Part shown: in pieces, positions 28,361-38,266 of the stretch
Layout of the letters: the number at the start of each line of letters is the position of its first letter
Position numbering within the stretch: the first letter of the stretch is position 1
Virus record (IMG/VR): IMGVR_UViG_3300050190_000052
Span: 1-58,285 of that record
DNA length: 58,285 bases
Strand: one strand, 5' to 3'
Source: a virus
Taxonomy: Duplodnaviria > Caudoviricetes
Program-made: the position numbers and the translations under genes
The notes under the pieces: generated by a model
Told to the model about the DNA's origin: nothing
What the model saw: only the letters and a program-made list of their open reading frames with translations
Database searches by the model: none

Positions 28361-29233
28361 ATTCCGTGGGCCGCGGCCGGAGCTGCTATCAGTGCAGTCG
28401 GATCGATTGGGGGTTCTCTCCTCGGATCCAATGCTGCCAGTAGTGCCGCAAAGGCGCAGGAGCAGTCGCAGCAAAATTCGCTCGACTGGATAAAGCAGAA
28501 CTATGGACAGACCCAATCCAACCTTCAGCCTTATATGAGCGGCGGGACTTCGGCGCTTGGCTCATTGCTCAGCCTGTATGGACTACCAGGCGGCACGGCC
28601 GGCGGCGGAAGTGCAGGGGGCGCGGTGGGGGCCGGTGGCACTGGTGGGCCTCCAGGGTCCGCTCTGGGAGGAGCCGCCGGGGCGTTTGCTCAGTTCCAAA
28701 GCACTCCGGGCTATCAATTCCCGTTGCAGCAAGCAAACCTTGCGACCAATCGCGCGCTCGCCAGTTCCGGCCTCACCGGCAGCCCGGGTGCGATCGGTCG
28801 AGATATTGGGCAGTTGAACGCTGGATATGCGAGCCAGGGCTTCAATCAGTATACGAGCGGGTTGACCGGCCTCGCCAGTTCAGGCCAGAACGCGGCTTCA
28901 TCGCTCGGCAGCATCGGCCTTGGAACCGGAGCACAGATCGGCGCCGCCAATACGAATTACGGCAATGCCGCCGCACAGGGCATCATGAACAGCGCCAGCG
29001 CGACCAATCAAGGAATTGGCCAAACCGGCGGCTCGATCGGCAGTGCGCTCAATAATCCATCTGTGCAGAATGGCCTTAGTAACCTTTTCGGAATGGGCCA
29101 GTCGTCTTACGCATCACAGATCGCCAATCCCAATACGAACTATAACGCTGCCACGAGTTCATTCATTGGAGCGAATTCGTCCGCCACCAGTCCACTGGCC
29201 GCCTCGGACGCCACATTTAGTTTCGGTACATAG
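28361..29233 (+). CDS. DNA ejection protein (P22 gp7-like), probable ATT start
   Basis: AGGAG-8nt-ATT CCG TGG gives (M)PWAAAGAAISAVGSIGGSLLGSNAASSAAKAQ..., in frame with track ORF 28535; FQSTPGYQF motif. Confidence 0.75.
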   Translation: MPWAAAGAAISAVGSIGGSLLGSNAASSAAKAQEQSQQNSLDWIKQNYGQTQSNLQPYMSGGTSALGSLLSLYGLPGGTAGGGSAGGAVGAGGTGGPPGSALGGAAGAFAQFQSTPGYQFPLQQANLATNRALASSGLTGSPGAIGRDIGQLNAGYASQGFNQYTSGLTGLASSGQNAASSLGSIGLGTGAQIGAANTNYGNAAAQGIMNSASATNQGIGQTGGSIGSALNNPSVQNGLSNLFGMGQSSYASQIANPNTNYNAATSSFIGANSSATSPLAASDATFSFGT

Positions 29234-31363
29234 ATGTCCGGTTCCATCATGCAATTCGCTCCGGTCGCCGCGCCGGATATCGTTGGCCAGGAACAGAAAT
29301 GGGCCGGGTTGGGGCAGACTCAGGCGCAAACCGGGCTGATCGGGGCACAGGCCGCGCTCACATCCGCACAAGCCGGCGGGATCCCGTCCGAGATCGCGCT
29401 TCGGCAGGCTCAGGCCGGGCAAGCTCAGGCGCAAGCGGGGCTGATCGGGGCACAAGCTGGCGCAATTCCGTCCGAAATCGGATTGCGCGGGGCTCAGGCC
29501 GCACAAGCGAGTGGAGCAGCGGCGAGTTCTACTGCGACCGCAGCACAAACCGGACAGGATACTTACGCCAAGCGTTTGCAAAACCTCCTGACAGGCTCAG
29601 CTATAAATCAGTCAGGTGTGATTGGTCAGGTGCCTCCTCCGCCGGATGGAAGCGGTCCCCGTCTTCCGATCGGCCCAGCGGTCGATCCGTCTGCGGCGCC
29701 CTACATTCCGCCCGAGGGCCAAGGCTTGTTGCGTGCCTTGTCACCATCCGAGTCTCCATCGGCGAACGTGCGATATGTGCCGCCGCAGAGCGGACGATCC
29801 CCAACATTTGACACGTCGCAGGGCCATCCTGGCGCGGGAGCAGCCGGACTTTACCAGTTCGAGCCAGCGACATGGAAAACGGCGTCGGCTGGCGCTGGCG
29901 TAGATCCGAACAACATGAGCCAAGGCAATCAGGATCGCGCCGCATGGTGGCTCGCACAGAAAACCTACAATGATCAAACTGGACAGGATCTCGACACTGA
30001 CCTCAAAGCTGGTGGTCATGAGGCGCAGATCACTGCCGCCCTTGCTTCTCAGTGGCCGTCCATCACCGGAGGTTCGCAACAGAACAAAACCGGCGAATCG
30101 TTCATGCGACGACTTCCTCTGACGGTTGCCCATGAAACGCAGCAAAGTGGGGTAGCCGATCCAGGCGGCCATACGGGACCAGACACGCGCGCCAATGTTC
30201 CGACGACAGCGGGCGCCACGTGGCCACAGCCGCCATCAGCATCGACCGCATCCGCTCCAACACCGTCGCCAACAGGCGCAACGCCCATTCGGCCGGTGAT
30301 GATCCCAGGCATGCCGGGACCCTCTCCTGGCACGCTTGCCATGCAGCCGGGTGGCCTGATGGGATCGCCCGAACAAAGGACTCAGTTCCAAACGCAGCGC
30401 GCGAATAATATGGCCACGATCTTCAGCAGTCAGCCGGACGCGCCGACCGGAATTCAGGCGCTGTCGGATGGTGGTTACATCACGCCGGCGCAGAAGCAAA
30501 CGCTTCTGGCAAATCCAGACAGCGCGCGGAACTTCATCGCCCAGCAACTGCCAATCGCCAATCAGCCGACGCCTGGTATCAAGGCGCAGATCGAGCGCGA
30601 CACGCCTCTGATGGCCTCCGATCTCTCGAAGAATGAAGCGAATGTTGATGCTGGAATGAAAGCTGCGACCGACCAGTACAATCTACAAAACATCAAGGGA
30701 ATGGTCGCTGGAACGCCGGATGATCTTCTCGGGGCCGGGAGTGATACCAGACTGGCCATTGCGGCATACGCCAAGGAATTCGGAGGCTCCTGGTCTCAGG
30801 GCATAGCCCAGCATTTGACGGGCGTTGGCCCCATGGACGTCTCTCAGCTTCAGGACTTGCAGAAGTCATTCCTGAGCAACGTCATGTCGAACGAACGGAC
30901 GCAGGGCGTTCAACGTATCGGCGCGATGTCTACCCAGTATTTCGCGAAGGCCAGCCCCTCGATCGACATGACCAAGCCGGCGGTCCAGCAGATCACGAAC
31001 CTTGGTCAGGTCGCCCAGCAGATGACGCGCGACTTTGCTGACGCCTCCAATGACTTCTATTCGACGCAACGGGACGCCACGAACGACTCTTTGGTCTCGG
31101 GACCGTATAAGCGATATCAGCCGATGACGGCGTTGGAGAAGCAGTGGCTGTCTCCGGACTCGCCGCACGGCCCGGATGTCTACGCCGCCGCGGCCAATCT
31201 GATGAACGGTATGCCGCCAGCAAAGGCGTTCGCGACATTCGGCCCGGGCACGGACGCTAAGCCGAACCTCGTCAACCGCGCCAAGCAACAAGAGGCGGTG
31301 GCTATCATCAAACGGGTTGATCCAAACGGTCTGGCTCACCTTGGTTACCAGGCCGCGCAGTAG
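29234..31363 (+). CDS. DNA ejection protein with lysozyme-like muralytic domain
   Basis: 709 aa; AQAG repeats; SES...AAGLYQFEPATWK...NQDRAAWWLA...QWPS resembles lambda-type lysozyme. Confidence 0.72.
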   Translation: MSGSIMQFAPVAAPDIVGQEQKWAGLGQTQAQTGLIGAQAALTSAQAGGIPSEIALRQAQAGQAQAQAGLIGAQAGAIPSEIGLRGAQAAQASGAAASSTATAAQTGQDTYAKRLQNLLTGSAINQSGVIGQVPPPPDGSGPRLPIGPAVDPSAAPYIPPEGQGLLRALSPSESPSANVRYVPPQSGRSPTFDTSQGHPGAGAAGLYQFEPATWKTASAGAGVDPNNMSQGNQDRAAWWLAQKTYNDQTGQDLDTDLKAGGHEAQITAALASQWPSITGGSQQNKTGESFMRRLPLTVAHETQQSGVADPGGHTGPDTRANVPTTAGATWPQPPSASTASAPTPSPTGATPIRPVMIPGMPGPSPGTLAMQPGGLMGSPEQRTQFQTQRANNMATIFSSQPDAPTGIQALSDGGYITPAQKQTLLANPDSARNFIAQQLPIANQPTPGIKAQIERDTPLMASDLSKNEANVDAGMKAATDQYNLQNIKGMVAGTPDDLLGAGSDTRLAIAAYAKEFGGSWSQGIAQHLTGVGPMDVSQLQDLQKSFLSNVMSNERTQGVQRIGAMSTQYFAKASPSIDMTKPAVQQITNLGQVAQQMTRDFADASNDFYSTQRDATNDSLVSGPYKRYQPMTALEKQWLSPDSPHGPDVYAAAANLMNGMPPAKAFATFGPGTDAKPNLVNRAKQQEAVAIIKRVDPNGLAHLGYQAAQ

Positions 31364-34029
31364 TGGCTGACGCGGCAACCACATTCGATCCATTTGCCGC
31401 CAACGGCTTTGTCCCGGTCAATGACAATGGACAGAAGCCCGGGCTCTCGCCAGTAATCGATATCGGCGGGGAAACCAACATTGATCCGGCGGCTCAGCCT
31501 GGAACGGCCGGCTCTGGCACCATCGCATCTCAGGTCGGCGGCCCGCCGACACCGAACCCGGCGCCGCTGACCGTTCCTCCAGGGACGCCGATACAGCGGA
31601 TCACGCCAAGAACTGACCCGGTCGAACTCGGTCTCCTCAATGACACGCTGGACGCTTCGCCCGGCGCGCCAGCAGCGCCATCAGCGACGGCGCCTGAACC
31701 AACCAAAACGACCGCCTTCGATCCCTTCGCCGCCAATGGGTTTGTCAAGTCTGACACCACTCCAGCGACTGTGCCGGCTACGTCCGAAACATCCACGACG
31801 GCGCCGGCTACCGCTCCTCCGACCGATCCCGTCGTCAAAATGCTTGGTGGCCCATATCCGCCATCGACATCGCCGGAGTTCGCCGCGCTTCCGTGGGACC
31901 AACGTTTGAAGGCAAGTTTCGTCGATGCTTTTCTGGACCCTGCCAACACACGCCTTGCCGCGGGCCAGTCTGCATCGCATGGCGCTACGATGGGGTACGA
32001 CGAGGATGCAGTCCCAGCGGTATCGGCCGCGATCGACAGCCTGACAAAGGGCGTTCCTTTCGCTCCGGCTTATGATCAGGCGCGGCAGGAAATGAAGGCG
32101 AACCGTATCGCTTTCGAGAAACAGAATCCAGTTACTGGAACCGCTCTTGAGCTTGCCGGCGGACTTGCCTCAACCCCCGTGACCGCTCCGCTGTTCGGCC
32201 CCGGCGCGAGTTTTATGGGAGTCGGACGTAATATCATCGCTGGCGCCGGGCTTGGAGCCGCGGCCGGCTTTGGTCAAACCGAAGGGGATACGTCGCAGCG
32301 TCTGCAAGGCGCTCGGCAGGGCGCTGAAATGGGAGGCGTTCTATCCGCCGCCGCACCGACGATCGGCGCCGTTGGCACCAGACTGAATACAGCCTTGCGG
32401 CCGAACGCGGCAATTGACAACCTGGCGGGCGGCGCGTTGCGAGACGCCGCCGGACTGAGCCCAACCGACGCGGTACCGACGCCAACCCCATCCCCATTGC
32501 CGAACATGCCAATCGGTGTGGCTGGTGGCTTCAATTCACCGGGACTCGCCTCGACCGAACGGTTGCTGAACACAACCGACAATACCGGCGCGTTGGTTGA
32601 GAGGACTGCGCAGAATCAGGCGATCCAGACGGCAGCGACAGGAACCGTCCCAGGGCTGCCAAGACTGGCCGAACCGGCAACGGTATCCGACGCGGCGACC
32701 GAGATGACCAACGCGATGCAGGGCGCACACGGCGTTTTGCGTGATGAAGAACGCCGGCTCTGGACCACACAGCCAATGCAGACCGTGCAACCGGATATCC
32801 CAGCAGCGGTGGCGCGGGTGCAGAGGACGATCGGTGGACTTCCGGCGCGCTTCCAAAACGCCATGACGCGCAATGCGGACGTCTACAACGCGTTGCAGGA
32901 CTTCTATAATCTGCCGAAAAATGCATCGCTGCACGACATGAACTCGGCGCGAAGCGACATCCTCGCCGCCGCGCGCGGGCTGCCGGCCAGCGAGCGGTTT
33001 GCCCGCACAGCCGCGACCTCGGCGGGCGACGCGATCCTGGATGCGATCGAAAGCAATCCAGGTCTGCGTGCCAATCCACAGGCCCTCTCCGATTACCGGC
33101 GCGCGCGGACTTACTCGCGTCGTCTCAATGACGCGTTCGAAAAGCCGCAATTCCAGGCAATGGTGAACGCACAGCCCGGCAATCGCAAAGGGCTCGACCC
33201 GGCGGTGGTCGGGCGCAAGGCTTTCAATTTAACGACAGCGAGTGAGAAAACCCCGGGCGGTGTCAATCATATCCTAGGCATGCTGGATGATCTCAGGCGT
33301 ACATGGGGGAGCCTCGCCACTGCGAATGCAGGGATGCCATTGCCCGGCTTGAGTCCCGCCGCCGCATTCGGAGCGCGCGCCGAGTTGGCGCAGGGATACC
33401 GGAACGTCATTATCAACTCGATGCTCGATGCCGCATCGTCTACGGAGCGTGATCTATCCGGCAAGCCGAACATCATCATGAACCGGCTCTCAGAAACGAT
33501 CGACAGCAACCGCGGGTGGATCCAGCGTAGTGGCGCGATGTCGCCGGCACAGATGGACGTCGTGGACGCGATACGAGATGCCGCCGTGATGGCCGCGAAG
33601 CGTGAGGCTCTACGCGGCGGTCGCGGCAGTGAGACATTTGAGCGTCTGATCGGCGACCGTTATCTGGATGTGTTCCTGGGCCCCGTTCTGAGCCGGGTGC
33701 TTCCTCGCGTAGGCGGCGCGATCGGCGGGGCGATTACCGAGCATGTCGCGCCGGGGTTTGGCATTGGCGCGCTGATCGGCATTGAACTGGCGGGCGCTGG
33801 CCACAGCACGACAACGGCGCTACAGAGCCTCTATGCGATGCCGCGCGCTGCCCTGCGCCAACGACTGAACGAAGCGATCAGAGATCCAGCCATTGCCGCT
33901 GACCTCATGCGCCGTGCGGGTAGCAGCGTCAGTCCTCAGACCAAGCAATGGGCCAGGTCCCTCCTGGCAATGGAACCGGCCGCCACAGCCGCGCGCACGC
34001 TTGGTCCAACTCAGGGAGCCACACAATGA
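31363..34029 (+). CDS. large DNA ejection / internal virion protein
   Basis: 888 aa Ala/Gly-rich; HGATMGYDED...FEKQNPVT..ALELAGG; third gene of the ejection cluster. Confidence 0.7.
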   Translation: MADAATTFDPFAANGFVPVNDNGQKPGLSPVIDIGGETNIDPAAQPGTAGSGTIASQVGGPPTPNPAPLTVPPGTPIQRITPRTDPVELGLLNDTLDASPGAPAAPSATAPEPTKTTAFDPFAANGFVKSDTTPATVPATSETSTTAPATAPPTDPVVKMLGGPYPPSTSPEFAALPWDQRLKASFVDAFLDPANTRLAAGQSASHGATMGYDEDAVPAVSAAIDSLTKGVPFAPAYDQARQEMKANRIAFEKQNPVTGTALELAGGLASTPVTAPLFGPGASFMGVGRNIIAGAGLGAAAGFGQTEGDTSQRLQGARQGAEMGGVLSAAAPTIGAVGTRLNTALRPNAAIDNLAGGALRDAAGLSPTDAVPTPTPSPLPNMPIGVAGGFNSPGLASTERLLNTTDNTGALVERTAQNQAIQTAATGTVPGLPRLAEPATVSDAATEMTNAMQGAHGVLRDEERRLWTTQPMQTVQPDIPAAVARVQRTIGGLPARFQNAMTRNADVYNALQDFYNLPKNASLHDMNSARSDILAAARGLPASERFARTAATSAGDAILDAIESNPGLRANPQALSDYRRARTYSRRLNDAFEKPQFQAMVNAQPGNRKGLDPAVVGRKAFNLTTASEKTPGGVNHILGMLDDLRRTWGSLATANAGMPLPGLSPAAAFGARAELAQGYRNVIINSMLDAASSTERDLSGKPNIIMNRLSETIDSNRGWIQRSGAMSPAQMDVVDAIRDAAVMAAKREALRGGRGSETFERLIGDRYLDVFLGPVLSRVLPRVGGAIGGAITEHVAPGFGIGALIGIELAGAGHSTTTALQSLYAMPRAALRQRLNEAIRDPAIAADLMRRAGSSVSPQTKQWARSLLAMEPAATAARTLGPTQGATQ

Positions 34030-34414
34030 AACTGCCATCGATGAAGCCAATGAAGATGCCGATGCCGCCCGGCGGTCGCGCACTCGAAGCCGGCCAGAAA
34101 GTGCTTGCTGCGTTCGCACACCATGCCCCGGCGAACATGAGGCTGAACCCACGCATGGACCGGCCAGGGAAGCCGAGCGGCCCGCGCAACGGATGAGCGC
34201 CTTATGGTTCGTCCTGACGCTCGGGACAGCATGGGCCATGATCAGACTCCGTGTTGACCCCACACAGGGCCGCCAGGAAGACCGTCAGATCGCGGAACGT
34301 GAGCGGCTAAGAGCCCGGCATTATCCACACCTTTGATCGGCTGGTGTAAGTCGGAGTTTCTGTCTACGATGACGCACGGGCCAGCAGCCCAGCTATTCAT
34401 CTGGAAGCGCTGGC

Positions 34415-35323
34415 ATGGCTATTGGTGTTCGGTATTATACGCCCGACGCGTTTGAGATCACGCCAACCGGTGTGCCATACGCCGCTGCTCGGCTGTTCTT
34501 CTACCTGACCGCGACAGCGACGCCGCAGGACACGTTCCAGGATGTGGCCCTTACGACGCCCAACACGAACCCGGTTGTAGCCGACGCCAACGGTCGGTTC
34601 GGCAGCATCTTTCTCGGTACGACAGAAGCCTATCGGGTCCAGTTTTGGACGCCGTCCACAACCGATGATCCGACCGGCGCGCAGATTTGGTCCTTTGATG
34701 ACGTCGGGCCGGCGGCGGGCGGCGCGGTCACCAATGTCGCCGGCATCGTTGGCGAAGTCCGTCAGTTCGCCGGCATCTCTTCGGCGATCCCGGCAGGATG
34801 GTATCAGTGCTTCGGCCAGGCGGTCAGTCGCTCGACCTATTCCGCGTTGTTTGCCGCGATCGGAACGACATGGGGCGTCGGCGACGGATCGACGACGTTC
34901 AACGTGCCTGACCTACGTGGTCGCGTGACGGTTGGGCTCGACAACATGGGAGGCACGCCGGCGAACGTCGTGACAGCAGGGGTCTCGGGGATCGCAGGCA
35001 CCACGCTGGGCGCGCACGGCGGTAATCAGGCGCTGCAAACCCACACGCACGCGCTCAGCGATCCGACCCATACGCACGCCTATACGGACCCTGGCCATGC
35101 CCACGTGATCCAGACCGTGACGAATGGTGGCGGGACACCGATCGGCGAGGTCACAGGCGTGTCGGGAGCGTCAGCCCCGAATGGCACCACCCAAACGGCT
35201 GTGACCGGCATCACCATCACCGCGGCGGCGACCGGCATCACCATATCGAACACGGGAGCCGGATCGTCCCAGAACATGCCGCCGGCAGCTATGGTCTACA
35301 GCATAATTTACGCAGGCGTCTGA
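34415..35323 (+). CDS. tail fibre protein with tail-collar domain
   Basis: N-terminal TPNTNPVVADANGRF; collar GEVRQFAG..IPAGWYQCFGQAVSRSTYSALFAAIGTTWGVGDGSTTFNVPDLRGR; terminal QNMPPA. Confidence 0.85.
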   Translation: MAIGVRYYTPDAFEITPTGVPYAAARLFFYLTATATPQDTFQDVALTTPNTNPVVADANGRFGSIFLGTTEAYRVQFWTPSTTDDPTGAQIWSFDDVGPAAGGAVTNVAGIVGEVRQFAGISSAIPAGWYQCFGQAVSRSTYSALFAAIGTTWGVGDGSTTFNVPDLRGRVTVGLDNMGGTPANVVTAGVSGIAGTTLGAHGGNQALQTHTHALSDPTHTHAYTDPGHAHVIQTVTNGGGTPIGEVTGVSGASAPNGTTQTAVTGITITAAATGITISNTGAGSSQNMPPAAMVYSIIYAGV

Positions 35324-35335
35324 GGAGGGACTTCC

Positions 35336-35389
35336 ATGTCTATTGGACTGCTGTTTTGGATTTTGATGGTGCTTTGGGTGGTCTTGTGA
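35336..35389 (+). pseudogene. small membrane-protein gene truncated at the IS right end
   Basis: GAGGAGG RBS then MSIGLLFWILMVLWVVL; the stop codon lies within the first bases of the IS. Confidence 0.55.
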
Positions 35390-35427
35390 ACACTCCGTCA
35401 GCTAAAGCAGACGGCTTCTCAGGCAAG

Positions 35428-36588
35428 CTATGCGGCAATCCGCTGGCTTGGCGCCTGAAGGCTAGTTCCTGGCCCGAAGTTCGCCCGCATGAGCACGATG
35501 CGCGCAGCCGCTACGTCGCGGTCGGCATGATACCCGCAGTCGCAGGTATGCCGCCGATCGGCGAGCGTCTTACGTCGGATCGTGCCGCATTCAGGACACG
35601 TCTGGCTTGTGCCGCGAGGACTGACCAGTTTGAGCACGCCACCAGCATTTTCGGCTTTGTAGGCGATCTTCTGGACGAGACTGTTCCACGCGGCGTTATG
35701 CACGGACTTGGCGAGCATTCCCGCCGCCAGTCCTTTGATGTTCAAGTCCTCCATTGCGAGGTGCGAGAAGCGGTCTACCAGCGACCGGGACAGCTTATGC
35801 GACGTATCCCGCCGTTGATTGGCCGTCTTGGCGCTATGTCGGGCAACCCGCAGCTTGGCCTTTGTGAGTCGCTTACTGCCACGCTTGCAGCGCGAGACGG
35901 CACGTTGCAGCCGGCGCAACCTCTTGGCGGCGGCTCGCGTATGCTGCGGTGTCGGCACGGTCTCGCCATTGGACAGCGCCACCAGAGACGTGAGGCCAAG
36001 GTCGATACCGACCGGGGTGAACGGCCGCTCTATCGGTTCGGCATCGGCCAGCGTGATCTGGAAATAAACATACCATTTACCGCACGAGCGGCTGATGATG
36101 GCCGCGCCAACCTTGGCCCCCGGTGGCAAGTCGCGGTGCCAGCGGACCTTGATTTCGCCCGGTATGCCGACCATGCCGAGGCGCTTGCTCTTGCGGATCG
36201 TCAGGCCATCACCGACCCGAAAGTCCGCACTGTCGAACATCGACTTGGCGCGGAACCGAGGGAGGCCAGCTTTTCCGCCCCTCTTGACCCGACCGAAGAA
36301 CGCCGAGAACGCCCTATCGAGACGGCGCAACACCTGCTGTTCGGCGGAGAAGCTGTATCCCGCCAAACGCTCATCCGCGACGCGGATGGCCTTCAATTCG
36401 GCGGCCTGATTGCCGTAACGCAGGTTGATCCCGCGACGCTGGTAGGCTTCAATCCGCTGTTGCAGACAGGCGTTGTACAGATCGCAGAACGCGCCGAGCA
36501 TGTCGGTCAATGCGGTTTCCTGCGCGCCCGTAGTGAACAGGCGAAACTTGAAGCTGCGGACCTGGGGCGTTACGATTTGGTCAGCCAT
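35428..36588 (-). CDS. tnpB: RNA-guided endonuclease TnpB
   Basis: SFKFRLF N-terminus; RuvC I GIDLG, RuvC II MEDL, zinc finger CPECG..CDCG, RuvC III DRDVAAA; ATG 36588 (track's 37065 start lies outside the IS). Confidence 0.95.
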   Translation of the reverse strand: MADQIVTPQVRSFKFRLFTTGAQETALTDMLGAFCDLYNACLQQRIEAYQRRGINLRYGNQAAELKAIRVADERLAGYSFSAEQQVLRRLDRAFSAFFGRVKRGGKAGLPRFRAKSMFDSADFRVGDGLTIRKSKRLGMVGIPGEIKVRWHRDLPPGAKVGAAIISRSCGKWYVYFQITLADAEPIERPFTPVGIDLGLTSLVALSNGETVPTPQHTRAAAKRLRRLQRAVSRCKRGSKRLTKAKLRVARHSAKTANQRRDTSHKLSRSLVDRFSHLAMEDLNIKGLAAGMLAKSVHNAAWNSLVQKIAYKAENAGGVLKLVSPRGTSQTCPECGTIRRKTLADRRHTCDCGYHADRDVAAARIVLMRANFGPGTSLQAPSQRIAA

Positions 36589-36652
36589 GTTGAGGTTCAA
36601 TCTCGACTGGTCAGAGGTGTCGTCAGTGTTTCCAGCACTGGCGGCATCTCGT

Positions 36653-36681
36653 CTTATACCCCAGTTCATTACCCAGTTCAA
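36653..36681 (-). promoter_or_regulatory. sigma70-like promoter for tnpB1
   Basis: TTGAAC-17 nt-TATAAG on - strand. Confidence 0.55.
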
Positions 36682-36759
36682 CGGCCGTGTGCCACGCTGT
36701 CGCGCGGCCCGGCTTTCCTCCGTCGCCTGAAGGCGACGGTTCACTGATGGAGGCGTGCC

Positions 36760-36933
36760 GTGCTTTTGGTAATTTTGGTGGTGATCTTGTTGTTCGGCGG
36801 ACTTGGCGGCGGTTATTGGGGCCAGTCGCGAGGCTACTACGGTGGCGGCGGCTTTGGCATCATCGGGCTCGTGGTGATCGTCCTGGTCATCGCGATGCTG
36901 TTTGGCGGGTTCGGACACGGCCTGAGATACTGA
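36760..36933 (+). CDS. DUF3309-like small Gly-rich membrane protein (57 aa)
   Basis: Read manually: GGAGG RBS, GTG start, MLLVILVVILLFGGLGGGYWGQSRGYYGGGGFGIIGLVVIVLVIAMLFGGFGHGLRY. Confidence 0.7.
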   Translation: MLLVILVVILLFGGLGGGYWGQSRGYYGGGGFGIIGLVVIVLVIAMLFGGFGHGLRY

Positions 36934-37028
36934 CGTTGCTGTGACCGACCACGCCACGCTCATCGACGCGCTGGTCATCGCAGTGGCGATCGTGAAGCTG
37001 CTGTGTCTCGTGGCAGAGGGGTGATTAG

Positions 37029-37793
37029 ATGACAACGCCGCGAAGATCATCCGAAGTGCTGCCAAACCCCGACCCGTCCCTGATTACCAACGCGGCGATC
37101 GATCGCGAGTCGCGGAGCCTTGAACAACGGGTCTTCGCTCGCATCGACGGCATAGAAAAAGCCATCGAGGTCCAGCACGCGGATATGGTTCGGGCTCCGA
37201 CTGAACTTGCCCGCGCGTTGCAGGCACAGCGGGATCTTTTCATATCGGATATGAAAACCTTCGGCGCCTCCATGGGGAGCCTGCAAAAAGAAGTCGATGG
37301 TATCACGAACTCGACGTTCATCACGGTCAGTAATCTGAAGGATCTTGTTTATAGCAAGATCGCCGAACTCTCTTCCGTAACGATAGAAAAGTTTGCCGGG
37401 GTTAACTCACAGTTTGAAGAGCGCGATACCCGGACCGACCAACGGGCCGGAGACACAAAACTTGCGGTAGATGCCGCGTTCGCCGCCGCCAAGGAGGCCA
37501 CTGCCAAAATCGAGGCTGGTTTCACCAAGCAAATCGAAAGCATGGCCGATCAGATCGGGACCATTGTGAAAAACGCTGATGACAAGGTTGGCGACCTGAA
37601 AGACCGGATCACCGCTATGGAAAGCCGCACCGCCGGGATGCAAAGCCAGACCACGGAGCGGCGGCTTGATGGCGGCGCAATGGTTGGCCTCATCGTCGCC
37701 GGTATGATGGCGATCTCCGTGACTATCAGCGTGCTCGGATATGCTGCGCTGCACACTGTCCCAACGGTCATTGTCGGTAAGCCAACACCATGA
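37029..37793 (+). CDS. coiled-coil protein with C-terminal TM helix (lysis-module associated)
   Basis: PNPDPSLIT..., KLAVDAAFAAAKEA..., hydrophobic C-terminus. Confidence 0.65.
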   Translation: MTTPRRSSEVLPNPDPSLITNAAIDRESRSLEQRVFARIDGIEKAIEVQHADMVRAPTELARALQAQRDLFISDMKTFGASMGSLQKEVDGITNSTFITVSNLKDLVYSKIAELSSVTIEKFAGVNSQFEERDTRTDQRAGDTKLAVDAAFAAAKEATAKIEAGFTKQIESMADQIGTIVKNADDKVGDLKDRITAMESRTAGMQSQTTERRLDGGAMVGLIVAGMMAISVTISVLGYAALHTVPTVIVGKPTP

Positions 37794-38011
37794 GCTACAT
37801 CGCCGGGATCGGCATCCATCCCGAGAGTGGACCCCCGACCGTCCGGGTGCAGGTCGGGCGGCGCACCATCCGTCTGCGGCTGATCGACTGCCCACAGCAT
37901 GTGCTCCGCGAGTTCACCACGCACCTTCGCGAGGTCGCATTCGAGGACGAGGACGCGCTGCCGGTGATCGTAACGCAGATTTCACAGAGATTCCCAAAAG
38001 CCGCACCGTGA
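37790..38011 (+). CDS. hypothetical protein
   Basis: 73-aa ORF with ATGA overlap. Confidence 0.5.
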   Translation: MSYIAGIGIHPESGPPTVRVQVGRRTIRLRLIDCPQHVLREFTTHLREVAFEDEDALPVIVTQISQRFPKAAP

Positions 38012-38089
38012 CAATCGCAGGGATATGCGATACGGTTTTGATGCCTGGGGCAAAAGCGTCGGGTTTTGGCCAAAAATTGGAGAATGACC

Positions 38090-38182
38090 ATGACAGCAAT
38101 CAAAGTGGGAGGCGGGTTCCGTCTCGGTGGCTTGTTCCGTCTCGGTGGCGGCTTCCGCCTCGGGGGCCTGTTCCGCATCTAA
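38090..38182 (+). CDS. 30-aa repeat peptide MTAIKV(GGxFRL)x4-like
   Basis: GGAG RBS; MTAIKVGGGFRLGGLFRLGGGFRLGGLFRI; 18-bp units vary largely at synonymous positions. Confidence 0.7.
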   Translation: MTAIKVGGGFRLGGLFRLGGGFRLGGLFRI

Positions 38183-38266
38183 CTGTCGCTTCCTCTCGGG
38201 TTTCTGATCGTTGACCTGCGGCCCTCTCAGAAAACGGGAGGGCCGTACGTTTGAAGGAGTGGCCGC

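Larger units (their letters stand above)
35386..36743 (-). mobile_element. IS200/IS605-family tnpB-only element 1
   Basis: RE on - strand: GAAG + hairpin CCGTCTGCTTTAGCTGACGG ...TCAC end at 35386; LE hairpin CCGTCGCCTTCAGGCGACGG at 36720-36739; no tnpA; exact left boundary unclear. Confidence 0.8.

Noticed and set aside
35356-36747. 463-aa + strand ORF, and similarly 39763-41010
   Set aside because: Antisense shadows of the two tnpB genes, with no motifs.
36589-37065. 158-aa N-terminal extension of TnpB1 suggesting a fusion
   Set aside because: It crosses the IS left end and the opposite-strand DUF3309-like gene; a promoter sits just upstream of ATG 36588.
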